DNA from: a virus
Taxonomy: Duplodnaviria; Caudoviricetes
IMG/VR virus record: IMGVR_UViG_3300020410_001011
Coordinates: 1-34,816 of that record
Reading direction: 5' to 3' (one strand)
DNA length: 34,816 nt
Shown here: one piece after another, positions 7,492-16,034 of the stretch
How the letters are laid out: each line of letters begins with the position of its first letter
How positions within the stretch are numbered: the stretch's first letter is position 1
The notes under the pieces: generated by a model
Databases searched by the model: none
Told to the model about the DNA's origin: nothing
Seen by the model: the letters and a program-made list of their open reading frames with translations, nothing else
Made by a program: the position numbers and the translations under genes

Positions 7492-7528
7492 AAAACTCCA
7501 TAAATATTATATGGAGTAAATGAAGATA

Positions 7529-10189
7529 TTACAAATTTTTCTCATCATTTCTTAACTGGCCAAGCTTCATGTATATTTTAGAGTCCTGCACAGTAACATA
7601 GTTAGCAAAAACTCCATCTTCGGACTTCGAGCCTGTTACTATGACTATGTTTTTCTTGTCTGGCAAAGAACCTTTATTATATTCTATACAGTCGTCTATG
7701 CCGTTGCCTCTCTTATTATTAAACAGCAGGACATCTATTGAATCAAACTCGTCGCCCACTTCAAACTTCACATATTCATTTCCATTTTTAGAAGTCCGAA
7801 CTCCAGTACAATCGCTGATCGTGCCAACAAAGTATACCTTGCTTCTGGTAGCGGCGCTTTTCACTTGGTCTATCGGAAGAAGCTCTGGATTTTTATTTAA
7901 GAATATGCTTCTCAAAGGAGTTCCATGAGTATATCCAAGCAGCTCATTTTCATAATACCAATTTGCAAAAGATTCATTTGCATGGTTTATGTTATATATT
8001 TTTTGGTACGGGCCAAATTTAGAGCGCATAGTCTCAATCCTTGTATCTTTAATATACCTTTTGCCGTTTTCATCAAGTTTAGATTTCATTTGATTTACGA
8101 CATTTACAAGGTCGTCATTCCCTTGCTCTGCGAACTTCAGCGCTATCACTCTTTCTCTTGGAGTGAGAACTTTCCAAAGCTGGCATTCTAGCACAACTTT
8201 GCTTCGGCTGTACTTATCTCCCATATCTAAAGCGCCAGCTTGAATTAGAGCAGACAGAACGCCAAGATTTATACCGGCCTCGGTTGAAGCTTGAAACACC
8301 TCAAACTTATTTGAAGCACAGTCTTTGAAGTGATTAAGCTTTTCGATAGAAGAATTAGAAATGCCTTTTATGGATGTAAGACCAAATCTAATATTGTCTC
8401 CTTCGATACAGAAATCTTCTTTAGATTTAAGTATATCTGGGCGCAAAAGCTCTATATTGAAATGGATAAGCTCTCTATTTATCTTGGCTATTTCGGCTAT
8501 TGGGTCTGGCTCAAACTTACTCATTTGCAAGAGAGCAAGGAAGAACTCTTTTGGATAGTTAAACTTGAGGTAAACTGTAGCCGCCGCTAAAGCTGCGTAG
8601 GCTATTGAGTGAGACTTATTGAAAGAGTAGTTGGCTGAGTCTTCCAGCACTTGCCATAAGATGTCTCCAACTTCTTTTTCTAGATTGTTCTCTTTTATTT
8701 TGTCTCTAATCTTCTTCTTCCACTTCTTAACTTCACTAACCTTTTTCTTTCCAACTATACGACGCAATAACTCCGCTTCATCAAGAGTAAACCCAACCTT
8801 GTGAGCCATCTTCATCATCTGCTCTTGATACAAGCAAACACCTCCAGTTGCGCCTAGGATATCGTCAAAGAAGGGGTGAATAGGCTCGTAAACGTCGTTA
8901 TTAGTGAAGTTAGCATACTGATCAACGAAAGCTAAAGCTCCGGGTCTTGCGAGCGCAAGCACCGCACTTGCTTCTTCTAGACTCTTCGGCTTTACCTTTT
9001 TGCAGGCTTCGTACGCAGCTCTAGCTTCTATCTGGAATATTCCTTGAGGGTGTTTAAGGTCATATAGACTTTGATATATGCTTTCATGGTTTAAGTCTAT
9101 GTCGCCAACTTTAATGCCAATGATCTTACAAGCTTGGTCTACAACAGAGACAGTCCTCAAGCCCAAAACATCTAACTTAACGTTGAACATTTGAGACCAG
9201 TCCATGTTGAATGAAGATATAATTTCTTTATCAGAATCAAACTCAAGCGGACAGCTCTTTGTGATGTTGTCGTAAGATAAAAGTATTGCTGATGGGTGAA
9301 CTCCCTTGTTCTTCACCAAGCCTTTTATTTTATTTGCGTTTGTGTAAGTCCTATTGTTTTTATCGCACCACTGCTTGAACTCTGGAACTTCTTCATAGGC
9401 TTCGGATATGTCCATCACCTTTCCAAAAACTTTGGGAATTAAAGCTGATACGCGATTCATTTCAGTTTCAGATTTATCTTCAACTGTTTTGCCGCACTCC
9501 TTAATAACCAGCTTGCCGCTTAAAGTGTTTAGAGTTCTGATTTTAGCCGTCTTACCTTCAAACTCCTCATCAAGATACCTTAACACTTCTTTACGGCGAT
9601 AGTAACATACATCCATGTCTATATCGCACATCAGAGAGCCGTCCAAGTATGTAACTCCATCAATTACAGTTTTCTTTGCTCTGATTTTTGAAACAAATCT
9701 CTCAAAGAATAAATCATACTTAACAGAATCAATCTCGGTTACTCCCAAAAGATACAAAATAAAACTACCAGCGGCAGACCCACGGCCTAATCCAACTGGG
9801 ATGTCTTTAGAGTTGCAAAAATAAATTACTTTCCAAACTAGAAGTATATAATCAACAAAGCCAAGCTCTTTTAATATTTCAAGCTCATAATGAACTCTGT
9901 CGGAATACTTTTTGTGCTCTGGAGTGCCTTTCTTGTAGTTAAGAGATTTGAACTTCTTCTGACATAATGCAACTAAAAAGCTATAAGTGTCAGTAATCTC
10001 TTCTGGCTTCTCTACCAGCTCAAGGTACTCTTCTTGAATCTCGAATTTCGGTAAACGAACTCCGTGTATTTCAAGGTTTAACTTTTTGAAACTGCTTGAA
10101 AAGTCAGTCTTTCTTTTTTCTTGGCCTCCCGCGTTTCTTTTTTGGCGGCTTTGGAGGTTCTGACTTTTGTTCTCCTTTACTGTCTCCAT
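7529..10189 (-). CDS. dnaE: DNA polymerase III alpha subunit, catalytic part without PHP domain
   Basis: GLGRGSAAGS, LFFERF, CDIDMD, GVHPSA, KLDVLGL, YQEQMM, YSFNKSHS, IRFGL..IKG and a C-terminal OB fold. The exact start is uncertain. Confidence 0.95.
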   Translation of the reverse strand: METVKENKSQNLQSRQKRNAGGQEKRKTDFSSSFKKLNLEIHGVRLPKFEIQEEYLELVEKPEEITDTYSFLVALCQKKFKSLNYKKGTPEHKKYSDRVHYELEILKELGFVDYILLVWKVIYFCNSKDIPVGLGRGSAAGSFILYLLGVTEIDSVKYDLFFERFVSKIRAKKTVIDGVTYLDGSLMCDIDMDVCYYRRKEVLRYLDEEFEGKTAKIRTLNTLSGKLVIKECGKTVEDKSETEMNRVSALIPKVFGKVMDISEAYEEVPEFKQWCDKNNRTYTNANKIKGLVKNKGVHPSAILLSYDNITKSCPLEFDSDKEIISSFNMDWSQMFNVKLDVLGLRTVSVVDQACKIIGIKVGDIDLNHESIYQSLYDLKHPQGIFQIEARAAYEACKKVKPKSLEEASAVLALARPGALAFVDQYANFTNNDVYEPIHPFFDDILGATGGVCLYQEQMMKMAHKVGFTLDEAELLRRIVGKKKVSEVKKWKKKIRDKIKENNLEKEVGDILWQVLEDSANYSFNKSHSIAYAALAAATVYLKFNYPKEFFLALLQMSKFEPDPIAEIAKINRELIHFNIELLRPDILKSKEDFCIEGDNIRFGLTSIKGISNSSIEKLNHFKDCASNKFEVFQASTEAGINLGVLSALIQAGALDMGDKYSRSKVVLECQLWKVLTPRERVIALKFAEQGNDDLVNVVNQMKSKLDENGKRYIKDTRIETMRSKFGPYQKIYNINHANESFANWYYENELLGYTHGTPLRSIFLNKNPELLPIDQVKSAATRSKVYFVGTISDCTGVRTSKNGNEYVKFEVGDEFDSIDVLLFNNKRGNGIDDCIEYNKGSLPDKKNIVIVTGSKSEDGVFANYVTVQDSKIYMKLGQLRNDEKNL

Positions 10190-10379
10190 CTTCTTCTAGT
10201 ATGTCCTCTAATCTATCTCTTAAAACTTTTAAAGTCTCTTTACTCTCACGTTCAAATCTGTAGAAAAAATCCAGCTTATCTTGTTTTTGACCCTGCCTAA
10301 GTATTATGATGGCGTAATCTACGTCATCTTCTTCTGATAGCTTTTCTATTAAATCGTATGCAAAGTCCATGCTGGGCAT
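10104..10379 (-). CDS. Hypothetical protein with AT-hook-like basic tail (KKRGRPRKK)
   Basis: TATAAT lies 6 nt upstream of the ATG; the last 86 nt overlap the dnaE ORF. Confidence 0.7.
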   Translation of the reverse strand: MPSMDFAYDLIEKLSEEDDVDYAIIILRQGQKQDKLDFFYRFERESKETLKVLRDRLEDILEEDGDSKGEQKSEPPKPPKKKRGRPRKKKD

Positions 10380-10394
10380 ATAGTTATTATATGC

Positions 10395-11042
10395 CTAAAT
10401 TTTACTCATTTCTAATTTTAATTTTCTCCAAATCTTTAGGTTAAGCTTCAAATCGTTTATTGCGTCATGTAAGGTTGAGTAATCATGGTCAATGTTATAA
10501 TACTTGCCAAGTTCTGTTAATGATGTTCTGATGCCTTTGACTCTGTGCGTCAACATTCTATATTGGTACTCAAAGAAATTACCTTCGTCTTTCTTGAAGT
10601 AATGTTCTGTCCGTATGCCTCTTCCAATAGCTAGGGTATCTATGCATTTTTTAAATAAATGGTTGTAAGGCTTGTTGTGCATCTTGCACCAGTCTCTGAT
10701 TAGATACATGTCAAATCCTAATATGTTATGGCCAACTATATAGTCACATGAATCAAGCCAATCATAAACCATTGGAAACACTTCCTCTTGTTCTTCGGCG
10801 AGCTTATTAAACTTCTTTTTGTCAAATCTAGTTATTCTAGCAGCTTCGTCGGAAATCTTTAGGCCGCAGTCCCACTTGACCATCCTGTCGCATGACTCAG
10901 CAACGTTGTCCTTTCTTACAACTTTAATCATGCCAACCTGCCAAGGCCGGTTGTTGTAAAAGTTAAGATTAACATTAAAGGTTTCCAAATCCATGAAAAC
11001 CAAAGTATGTTTGTGATCGTTAGTAAAAAAATCCTTATCCAT
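10395..11042 (-). CDS. dnaQ: DEDDh 3'-5' exonuclease (Pol III epsilon-like)
   Basis: ExoI DLET, ExoII VGHNILGFD, CIDTL and ExoIII HDAIND. Confidence 0.9.
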   Translation of the reverse strand: MDKDFFTNDHKHTLVFMDLETFNVNLNFYNNRPWQVGMIKVVRKDNVAESCDRMVKWDCGLKISDEAARITRFDKKKFNKLAEEQEEVFPMVYDWLDSCDYIVGHNILGFDMYLIRDWCKMHNKPYNHLFKKCIDTLAIGRGIRTEHYFKKDEGNFFEYQYRMLTHRVKGIRTSLTELGKYYNIDHDYSTLHDAINDLKLNLKIWRKLKLEMSKI

Positions 11043-11529
11043 TTAAGTCTCTAATAGGAATGTTGTAGCAGTCTGCTCTGAAATAAAAGCTTTTTCTGGG
11101 AGGTGAATCTGGGTCGTAGTCGCCCTCTTTATAAAATCTAGCTTTCTGATAGAACTCAGACTTATCTATTTTGCCAAGATACCAAGCATAACTCAAATCT
11201 TTCATCACGCTTACAAAAACATATTCGTCGCAGTCTTGGTTTGGATTAAAATCAGCCACCGTGCAGTTGTAGTTCGGACGGGGAGCAACGGTTCTCTCCT
11301 TGGTTTTTACATCAACTGTAAAATGGCCGGAGCAGGGATTGTGATATACTAAGTCGTAATCGTAAGTATCTTTTATTTCTCCTCCGAGTACGTGTTTTGC
11401 TATTTCCTCGCCAATATAAGCTACTAGCGCCCCTTCTCCTTTTCTTATGGAATTATTTAGTAGCGGCAGTTTATCTGCTCTAGCTTGTGCCCTGTCAATT
11501 AAAGATTGAGCTAATTTAAACTTTCTCAT
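11035..11529 (-). CDS. Putative PD-(D/E)XK restriction-endonuclease-like protein
   Basis: IGEE...YDYDL...VDVKTK catalytic pattern. Confidence 0.55.
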   Translation of the reverse strand: MRKFKLAQSLIDRAQARADKLPLLNNSIRKGEGALVAYIGEEIAKHVLGGEIKDTYDYDLVYHNPCSGHFTVDVKTKERTVAPRPNYNCTVADFNPNQDCDEYVFVSVMKDLSYAWYLGKIDKSEFYQKARFYKEGDYDPDSPPRKSFYFRADCYNIPIRDLNG

Positions 11530-12410
11530 ATGCCGTAACTTTCATTGAGTTCTTTATAATCTTTGTTTGTATTGCCAGAAGCTTTTCTAGTGTTTGAGGA
11601 TTTTTTGCGAGTCAATGCGATTGATTTAGTGCGTTTGTTTGCTTCGGCCCAGCTTTCAAAAGAAAACTCGTTTGAGCACATATGGTCAAATCCGGGTTTA
11701 GACAGAGTCTTTTTAGCCCTGCCCGGGCTTGAGTCAGATATACATCTAAATGTAAGATATGCCTCAAAGTCTTTTCTGTCTTTATAGTAAATACTTTTTA
11801 CCTCTTGAGTTTGATAGTTATTGTCGCAATATTTAAAAACGTGCTCCCTCAGAGTATCATCGAAAGGAAGATCATTGCTCTCTAGAAAAAATATAGGTTT
11901 TATAACAGAGAAGTCTGGAACAATGTTGCTCATCTTGAATTTATTTTTATGAATAAACGAATCATAAAAAGGTATTGCCAAAGTTAAGCTTTCGTCACAC
12001 CAGTTTTCGTTCAGATATTTGTAATCAATCCTTGGCTTGTAGTAGAAACCCTCTGTTGAAGCAAAAGATGCTATATCTAAGAGCTTTTCATAGCCTTTTC
12101 TGTTCTTGCAAAAAATAACGCACTTTGATTCTAAGAGGTTATAATCCTTGTTTTTAACTGTTACATCTGAACATATGTTAATTATCAATCCAAATCTTAA
12201 ATCAATTTTGGCTTCAAGTGAATTTTGATATGCCTCCATGAACCCCGTCATGCTGTCATCTACTAGATAAAAGTGATCTAGCTTGTTGTCAGCGCAAATA
12301 TCAATTACAGAATCTGGGCCAGTGCCATCAGAAGAACCCTGTGGGTACAGAGTCAATATGGACTTGCCTACGCTGTAATGAGATTTGAATAAGGGAAGAA
12401 CCTCAGACAT
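11526..12410 (-). CDS. Stand-alone PHP domain of DNA polymerase III alpha
   Basis: LFKSHYSVGKSIL, LVDDSMTGF, KNRKGYEKL, GFYYKPRID: the DnaE N-terminal PHP pattern. Confidence 0.88.
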   Translation of the reverse strand: MSEVLPLFKSHYSVGKSILTLYPQGSSDGTGPDSVIDICADNKLDHFYLVDDSMTGFMEAYQNSLEAKIDLRFGLIINICSDVTVKNKDYNLLESKCVIFCKNRKGYEKLLDIASFASTEGFYYKPRIDYKYLNENWCDESLTLAIPFYDSFIHKNKFKMSNIVPDFSVIKPIFFLESNDLPFDDTLREHVFKYCDNNYQTQEVKSIYYKDRKDFEAYLTFRCISDSSPGRAKKTLSKPGFDHMCSNEFSFESWAEANKRTKSIALTRKKSSNTRKASGNTNKDYKELNESYGI

Positions 12411-12416
12411 AAATAG

Positions 12417-12445
12417 ACTCTGGCACGATTCTGGTAGGTTGTCAA
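12417..12445 (-). promoter_or_regulatory. Promoter TTGACA-17-CAGAGT with CCAGAA in the spacer
   Basis: Minus strand TTGACA acctaCCAGAAtcgtgc CAGAGT ctattt ATG. Confidence 0.65.
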
Positions 12446-12458
12446 GAAATTATTTTCC

Positions 12459-12653
12459 CCGCCCCTTGCGCATGTCTGAAGAAAGGCATCTTGTGCCTAT
12501 TGACCAAGAAGCACATAGGGGCGGAGAATATTAAACGTCTGAATGCCTGCTGAAGCATATCTTGTATGCAGCGGTAATGAATCAGATCACTTAAAAAGCT
12601 TAAGAGATGTGAAAGATGTCTTGCATCTAATCTATCAGAAAAACTTTTTTAAG
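12459..12653 (-). ncRNA. Array C of three structured dual-variable-segment units (U8 12459-12524, U9 12531-12594, U10 12590-12653)
   Basis: Same architecture as arrays A and B with completely different, still-pairing stems (e.g. CCGCCCCT/AGGGGCGG, AGGCA/TGCCT, AGATG/CATCT). All three loops are CAAGA. Confidence 0.82.
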
Positions 12654-13629
12654 AGAAAATATCTAAGATATCACCAGCATCTGCATGCCTTGGACATCCT
12701 TCGTATTTTTGTTTTTTGATCTTTTGGCCTTTAACCTTAATCTTTTCAAGTTCGTACTTTTTAAAGCTAGACGCTACTTGATTTCCTTCCTTGTCCTGCA
12801 AAGAATAATAATCATAAGCGTCAATATAAGGGCAACGCCACTTTCCAACTTTGCACATCCACGCGCTTTTCTTTGAATCTGCTGCGTAATTTGAGCACGC
12901 ATCATCTTCTGAGAAATTATTTATCTTAAAGTAAGCATAAGATAGATAATACTCAAATCCTTTAAGCTGTTCTTCCGTAAACTCAAGCTGCTGCACGGGG
13001 CTTTTAGGGAATCTTAAAAACAGAAATTCTGCGGTGGGTTTATATCCCGGCCAGTGTTTTTTAGCTGCAAGAGTATAAGCCATAGCTTGAACATTTGAGT
13101 GCAGCTCTTCTCCTCTGAATTTGTATTTACTGCTCTTGTAATCTACAATCTTTATTTTTTTACCACGTTTGTAGACTACTGGTTTGTCAATAAATCCTCT
13201 TATCTTGTATTTAGGATCATCTTTCTCAAGCAAAAACTCAAACTCTGGATTATCGACCTTGCCTCCCCAGCCAAAGAAATCATACTTTAATCCAACCATA
13301 ATCATGTCCCAAACCAAGGTCGTGTTCTCCTCGTTTGTCATTGGTAGATCAGACGACTTCTCCATTTGTCTGAGGTGCTTCATCACAAGCCTAACGATAG
13401 CTGGGCTACCGTCAATGCTATTTGCTTTAACTATGCGATCATAGTGTTTTCGATGCTTCTTCTTGACTAGCATTTCAAACACTAAATGGCACACAGTTCC
13501 TCTCTGCGCGCCTTCGTTTTGTTTCTGCGGAAGTTTTAAGTGGTAGTTGCACCAATAAGACCAAGTGCAAGTTTCCAAGGTCTTAAGTCTTGATGCGGAT
13601 AGTATCTTTTCCTTTATTTCTTTCGCCAT
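12649..13629 (-). CDS. PD-(D/E)XK nuclease, Cas4/RecB/AddB-like, with Cys cluster
   Basis: LSASRLKTLETC, GTVCHLVFE, IRGFIDK, IVDYKSSK, Q...Y, and C-terminal CKVGKWRCPY...C. Confidence 0.85.
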   Translation of the reverse strand: MAKEIKEKILSASRLKTLETCTWSYWCNYHLKLPQKQNEGAQRGTVCHLVFEMLVKKKHRKHYDRIVKANSIDGSPAIVRLVMKHLRQMEKSSDLPMTNEENTTLVWDMIMVGLKYDFFGWGGKVDNPEFEFLLEKDDPKYKIRGFIDKPVVYKRGKKIKIVDYKSSKYKFRGEELHSNVQAMAYTLAAKKHWPGYKPTAEFLFLRFPKSPVQQLEFTEEQLKGFEYYLSYAYFKINNFSEDDACSNYAADSKKSAWMCKVGKWRCPYIDAYDYYSLQDKEGNQVASSFKKYELEKIKVKGQKIKKQKYEGCPRHADAGDILDIFS

Positions 13630-14507
13630 TCTAAAATTTCTTTTTTACTCATGCACCCGAAGTCATTTTTACAAGGTAGCTTTATCTCTACGGCCTCTTT
13701 GCCAAAATGCTTTGAAAGCAATGTCTCTCCTCTTTTTGCAGCAAGGTAGCCAGCTCCGCTGTCAGCGTCATTATTCAAAGCTATTATAACCTTATCTGGG
13801 TCAAGTTTCAAAATACAAGTTACTAAATGTGCGCTTATTCTTAAGCCGAATGTAACTATGACATTCTTGATTCCGGCTTCCCAAAGAGAAAGCATGTCTC
13901 CGATACTTTCAACTATAATTATTTCGCGAGCCTCTTTTACTATTTGAAAGTTAACTTGAAGCGGGTAAGCCCACTTGGAGGTCGGGCCTTGGTGAAGCCA
14001 TTTGGGCATTAGTTTGCCGGTTGTATCTCTGCCAGTTATTCCTACTAATTTTTTTAAGCCATTGTATATCGGAAAAACATATCTCCCGTACATTTTGTTT
14101 TTTGTAGCTCGACCTCCTTCAAACAGAGCTAAAGTAGAAGAGCTTACGCCTCTGCCGTTCCAATAAGAATCATCTCTTACCAAATCAGTTAAAACTTCTT
14201 TTGATATGCTTTTGACGTGCTCTAGCTTGGAGTTTGTATCTTCTCTCTCTGGCTTTACGAACTTGTACTTTTTGGCAATTACATCTTGAGCCTGTTGTAT
14301 ATTGGATAGACCTAGAGTTAACCTTACAAGTTCTTCGATTGGGCCAGCTTTATTTTCCTTAAAGTCAGTCCAGTATCCCGTGTCTTTATATACTCTTAAT
14401 ACAGAACTATTGCCAGAGTCTCTGTAAAGAGGACGCATCCTAAACTCTCTTCCATGATCTTGGATTTTGTAACCCAAATCTACCAGTATGTCTCTTACCT
14501 CTGACAT
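13614..14507 (-). CDS. DnaG-type DNA primase (TOPRIM)
   Basis: YWNGRGVS, RYVFPIYN...VGITGR, IIIVESIGDMLSLWEAG, IALNND, NDFG; adjacent to DnaB. Confidence 0.88.
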   Translation of the reverse strand: MSEVRDILVDLGYKIQDHGREFRMRPLYRDSGNSSVLRVYKDTGYWTDFKENKAGPIEELVRLTLGLSNIQQAQDVIAKKYKFVKPEREDTNSKLEHVKSISKEVLTDLVRDDSYWNGRGVSSSTLALFEGGRATKNKMYGRYVFPIYNGLKKLVGITGRDTTGKLMPKWLHQGPTSKWAYPLQVNFQIVKEAREIIIVESIGDMLSLWEAGIKNVIVTFGLRISAHLVTCILKLDPDKVIIALNNDADSGAGYLAAKRGETLLSKHFGKEAVEIKLPCKNDFGCMSKKEILEWRKK

Positions 14508-16031
14508 TTATGAAATAGCCGTGTCTCCGTCTCCGGAAATTCTCTGTTCAGCAATATCAAAGTTCTGTCTGATATTGTCAACTATATGTTGAAGAGAGCC
14601 TTTGCTAATAACAGAGAAGTTTTGAACATTGAAGTTGAGATAATTTTGAGCCCATTCTTCTCTATGAACTTCTGTTTGATTATGCTCTTCTATGATTGGT
14701 CTGCGAATTAAATCTATATGACCGGCAGCATCCTTGCCTTGGTATCTAGTTTTGATTGGCAAAAGCTTATGAGTGCCATAATCTTCTCCGTCCATTGCTA
14801 TCTCATCAGTTGTCTTTCTGCGAAATATGCCAACGAAACTAGCGAACCATTGAAGCCTGTCTGATAGAGAGATAGCTGAACTGTCATCAACTAGAGTTCT
14901 GCTATTTCTATTGTGACTTTCTCCCGTTCTGTTCATCTGCATGGCGGTTATTACTGGAGCAGATAATTCTTCTGAGATTCTTTTAAGCTTATCTATCTTT
15001 TCTCCAATAGCTTGATGCTCTGCCCAGTTCTTATCTACCTTCTCTCCGGTTAACTTGACGTAGTCGTAAGCTATAACGCATTTATTACCTCTGCCAACGT
15101 GCTTCATGTGCCAACGACGAATAATTGAGCAGACTTCGTCTACTGTCTTATTTCTGACATGATAGTGAAAGTATTGGTGATTATCATACTTGCCTTTAAA
15201 GTTTTCTTGATAATCTCTGACTTTCTTATACATCTCTTCATTCTTTCTCCAGTTGCCAGTTTCAAGATACCAAAGCGGCACTCCTGTTTGGGCCGCCGCC
15301 ATGCGAAACTTTATTTCTTTTGTAGACATTTCAGTGTCTAGAACTAAAGCTGGAACATTGTTTTTGAGTGAAGTATTTAGGCAGATATCATTTATGAAAG
15401 TAGTTTTGCCTTGAGCGGGCCTTGAAACTATTGCGTATATGTTTCCGTCTCTGAGTCCGCCAAATAATCTATTAAACTCCGGATAAGGTGTTAGTAGTCC
15501 GCTATCGTCAATTGGGTTCCTGCCAGTTTCTTCTACCTCATCTAAGAAACTATCTAATATGTTTTCTGGAGTATCGTCTAGCTCATAAGAAAATATTTTG
15601 TCGGAGTATATTGCGTCCGACTTTGATATAATATCATCAACAGAATCATCTTCACAATTATTTATGTACTCTTCTATTGAATTGCTAGTATCAATTATAT
15701 CTCTTCTGATTCTATACTTGATTAGTTGTCTAGCATAGTCTGGAACAACTGAAGCTTTTGGGGCGGAGAAAGTTATGCCATCTAGATATTCGTAAATGTT
15801 GACAGAGTCCTTGGCAGTTATGCCAATGTTCTTCATTTTGTCAGATATCAAAACTACATCTATTCTATCCCCTGCAACATAAGCATTTCTAATTACTGAA
15901 TAAATAGATTTATGCACATCGTTATAGAAGTCTTCAACTGTTAGAAATGAATCTACTTCAGCTAAAACATCTGGAGATTTGAGAATTGCGCCTATGACGC
16001 GCTTCTCAAGCCTAAGATTATATAGGGACAT
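14508..16031 (-). CDS. dnaB: Replicative DNA helicase
   Basis: N-terminal E..VIGAIL...DFY..VH..IY, Walker A SRPAQGKT, DTEMS, IAYDYV, AMQMNR, KTRY. Confidence 0.93.
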   Translation of the reverse strand: MSLYNLRLEKRVIGAILKSPDVLAEVDSFLTVEDFYNDVHKSIYSVIRNAYVAGDRIDVVLISDKMKNIGITAKDSVNIYEYLDGITFSAPKASVVPDYARQLIKYRIRRDIIDTSNSIEEYINNCEDDSVDDIISKSDAIYSDKIFSYELDDTPENILDSFLDEVEETGRNPIDDSGLLTPYPEFNRLFGGLRDGNIYAIVSRPAQGKTTFINDICLNTSLKNNVPALVLDTEMSTKEIKFRMAAAQTGVPLWYLETGNWRKNEEMYKKVRDYQENFKGKYDNHQYFHYHVRNKTVDEVCSIIRRWHMKHVGRGNKCVIAYDYVKLTGEKVDKNWAEHQAIGEKIDKLKRISEELSAPVITAMQMNRTGESHNRNSRTLVDDSSAISLSDRLQWFASFVGIFRRKTTDEIAMDGEDYGTHKLLPIKTRYQGKDAAGHIDLIRRPIIEEHNQTEVHREEWAQNYLNFNVQNFSVISKGSLQHIVDNIRQNFDIAEQRISGDGDTAIS

Positions 16032-16034
16032 GTA

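Noticed and set aside
12531-12594. U9 segments resemble antisense to the conserved 16S rRNA 515-534 region (ATTACCGC exact; AGCAGGCA vs TGCTGGCA 6/8)
   Set aside because: A single 8-nt match among 20 segments can arise by chance, and I recognised no rRNA match for the other units. It is worth including in a systematic target search but is not claimed.
12459-12653. tRNA genes or simple terminators as the explanation for the hairpins
   Set aside because: TTC-N occurs, but there is no cloverleaf, anticodon arm or CCA end. Most units lack U-tracts and have a large fixed internal loop.
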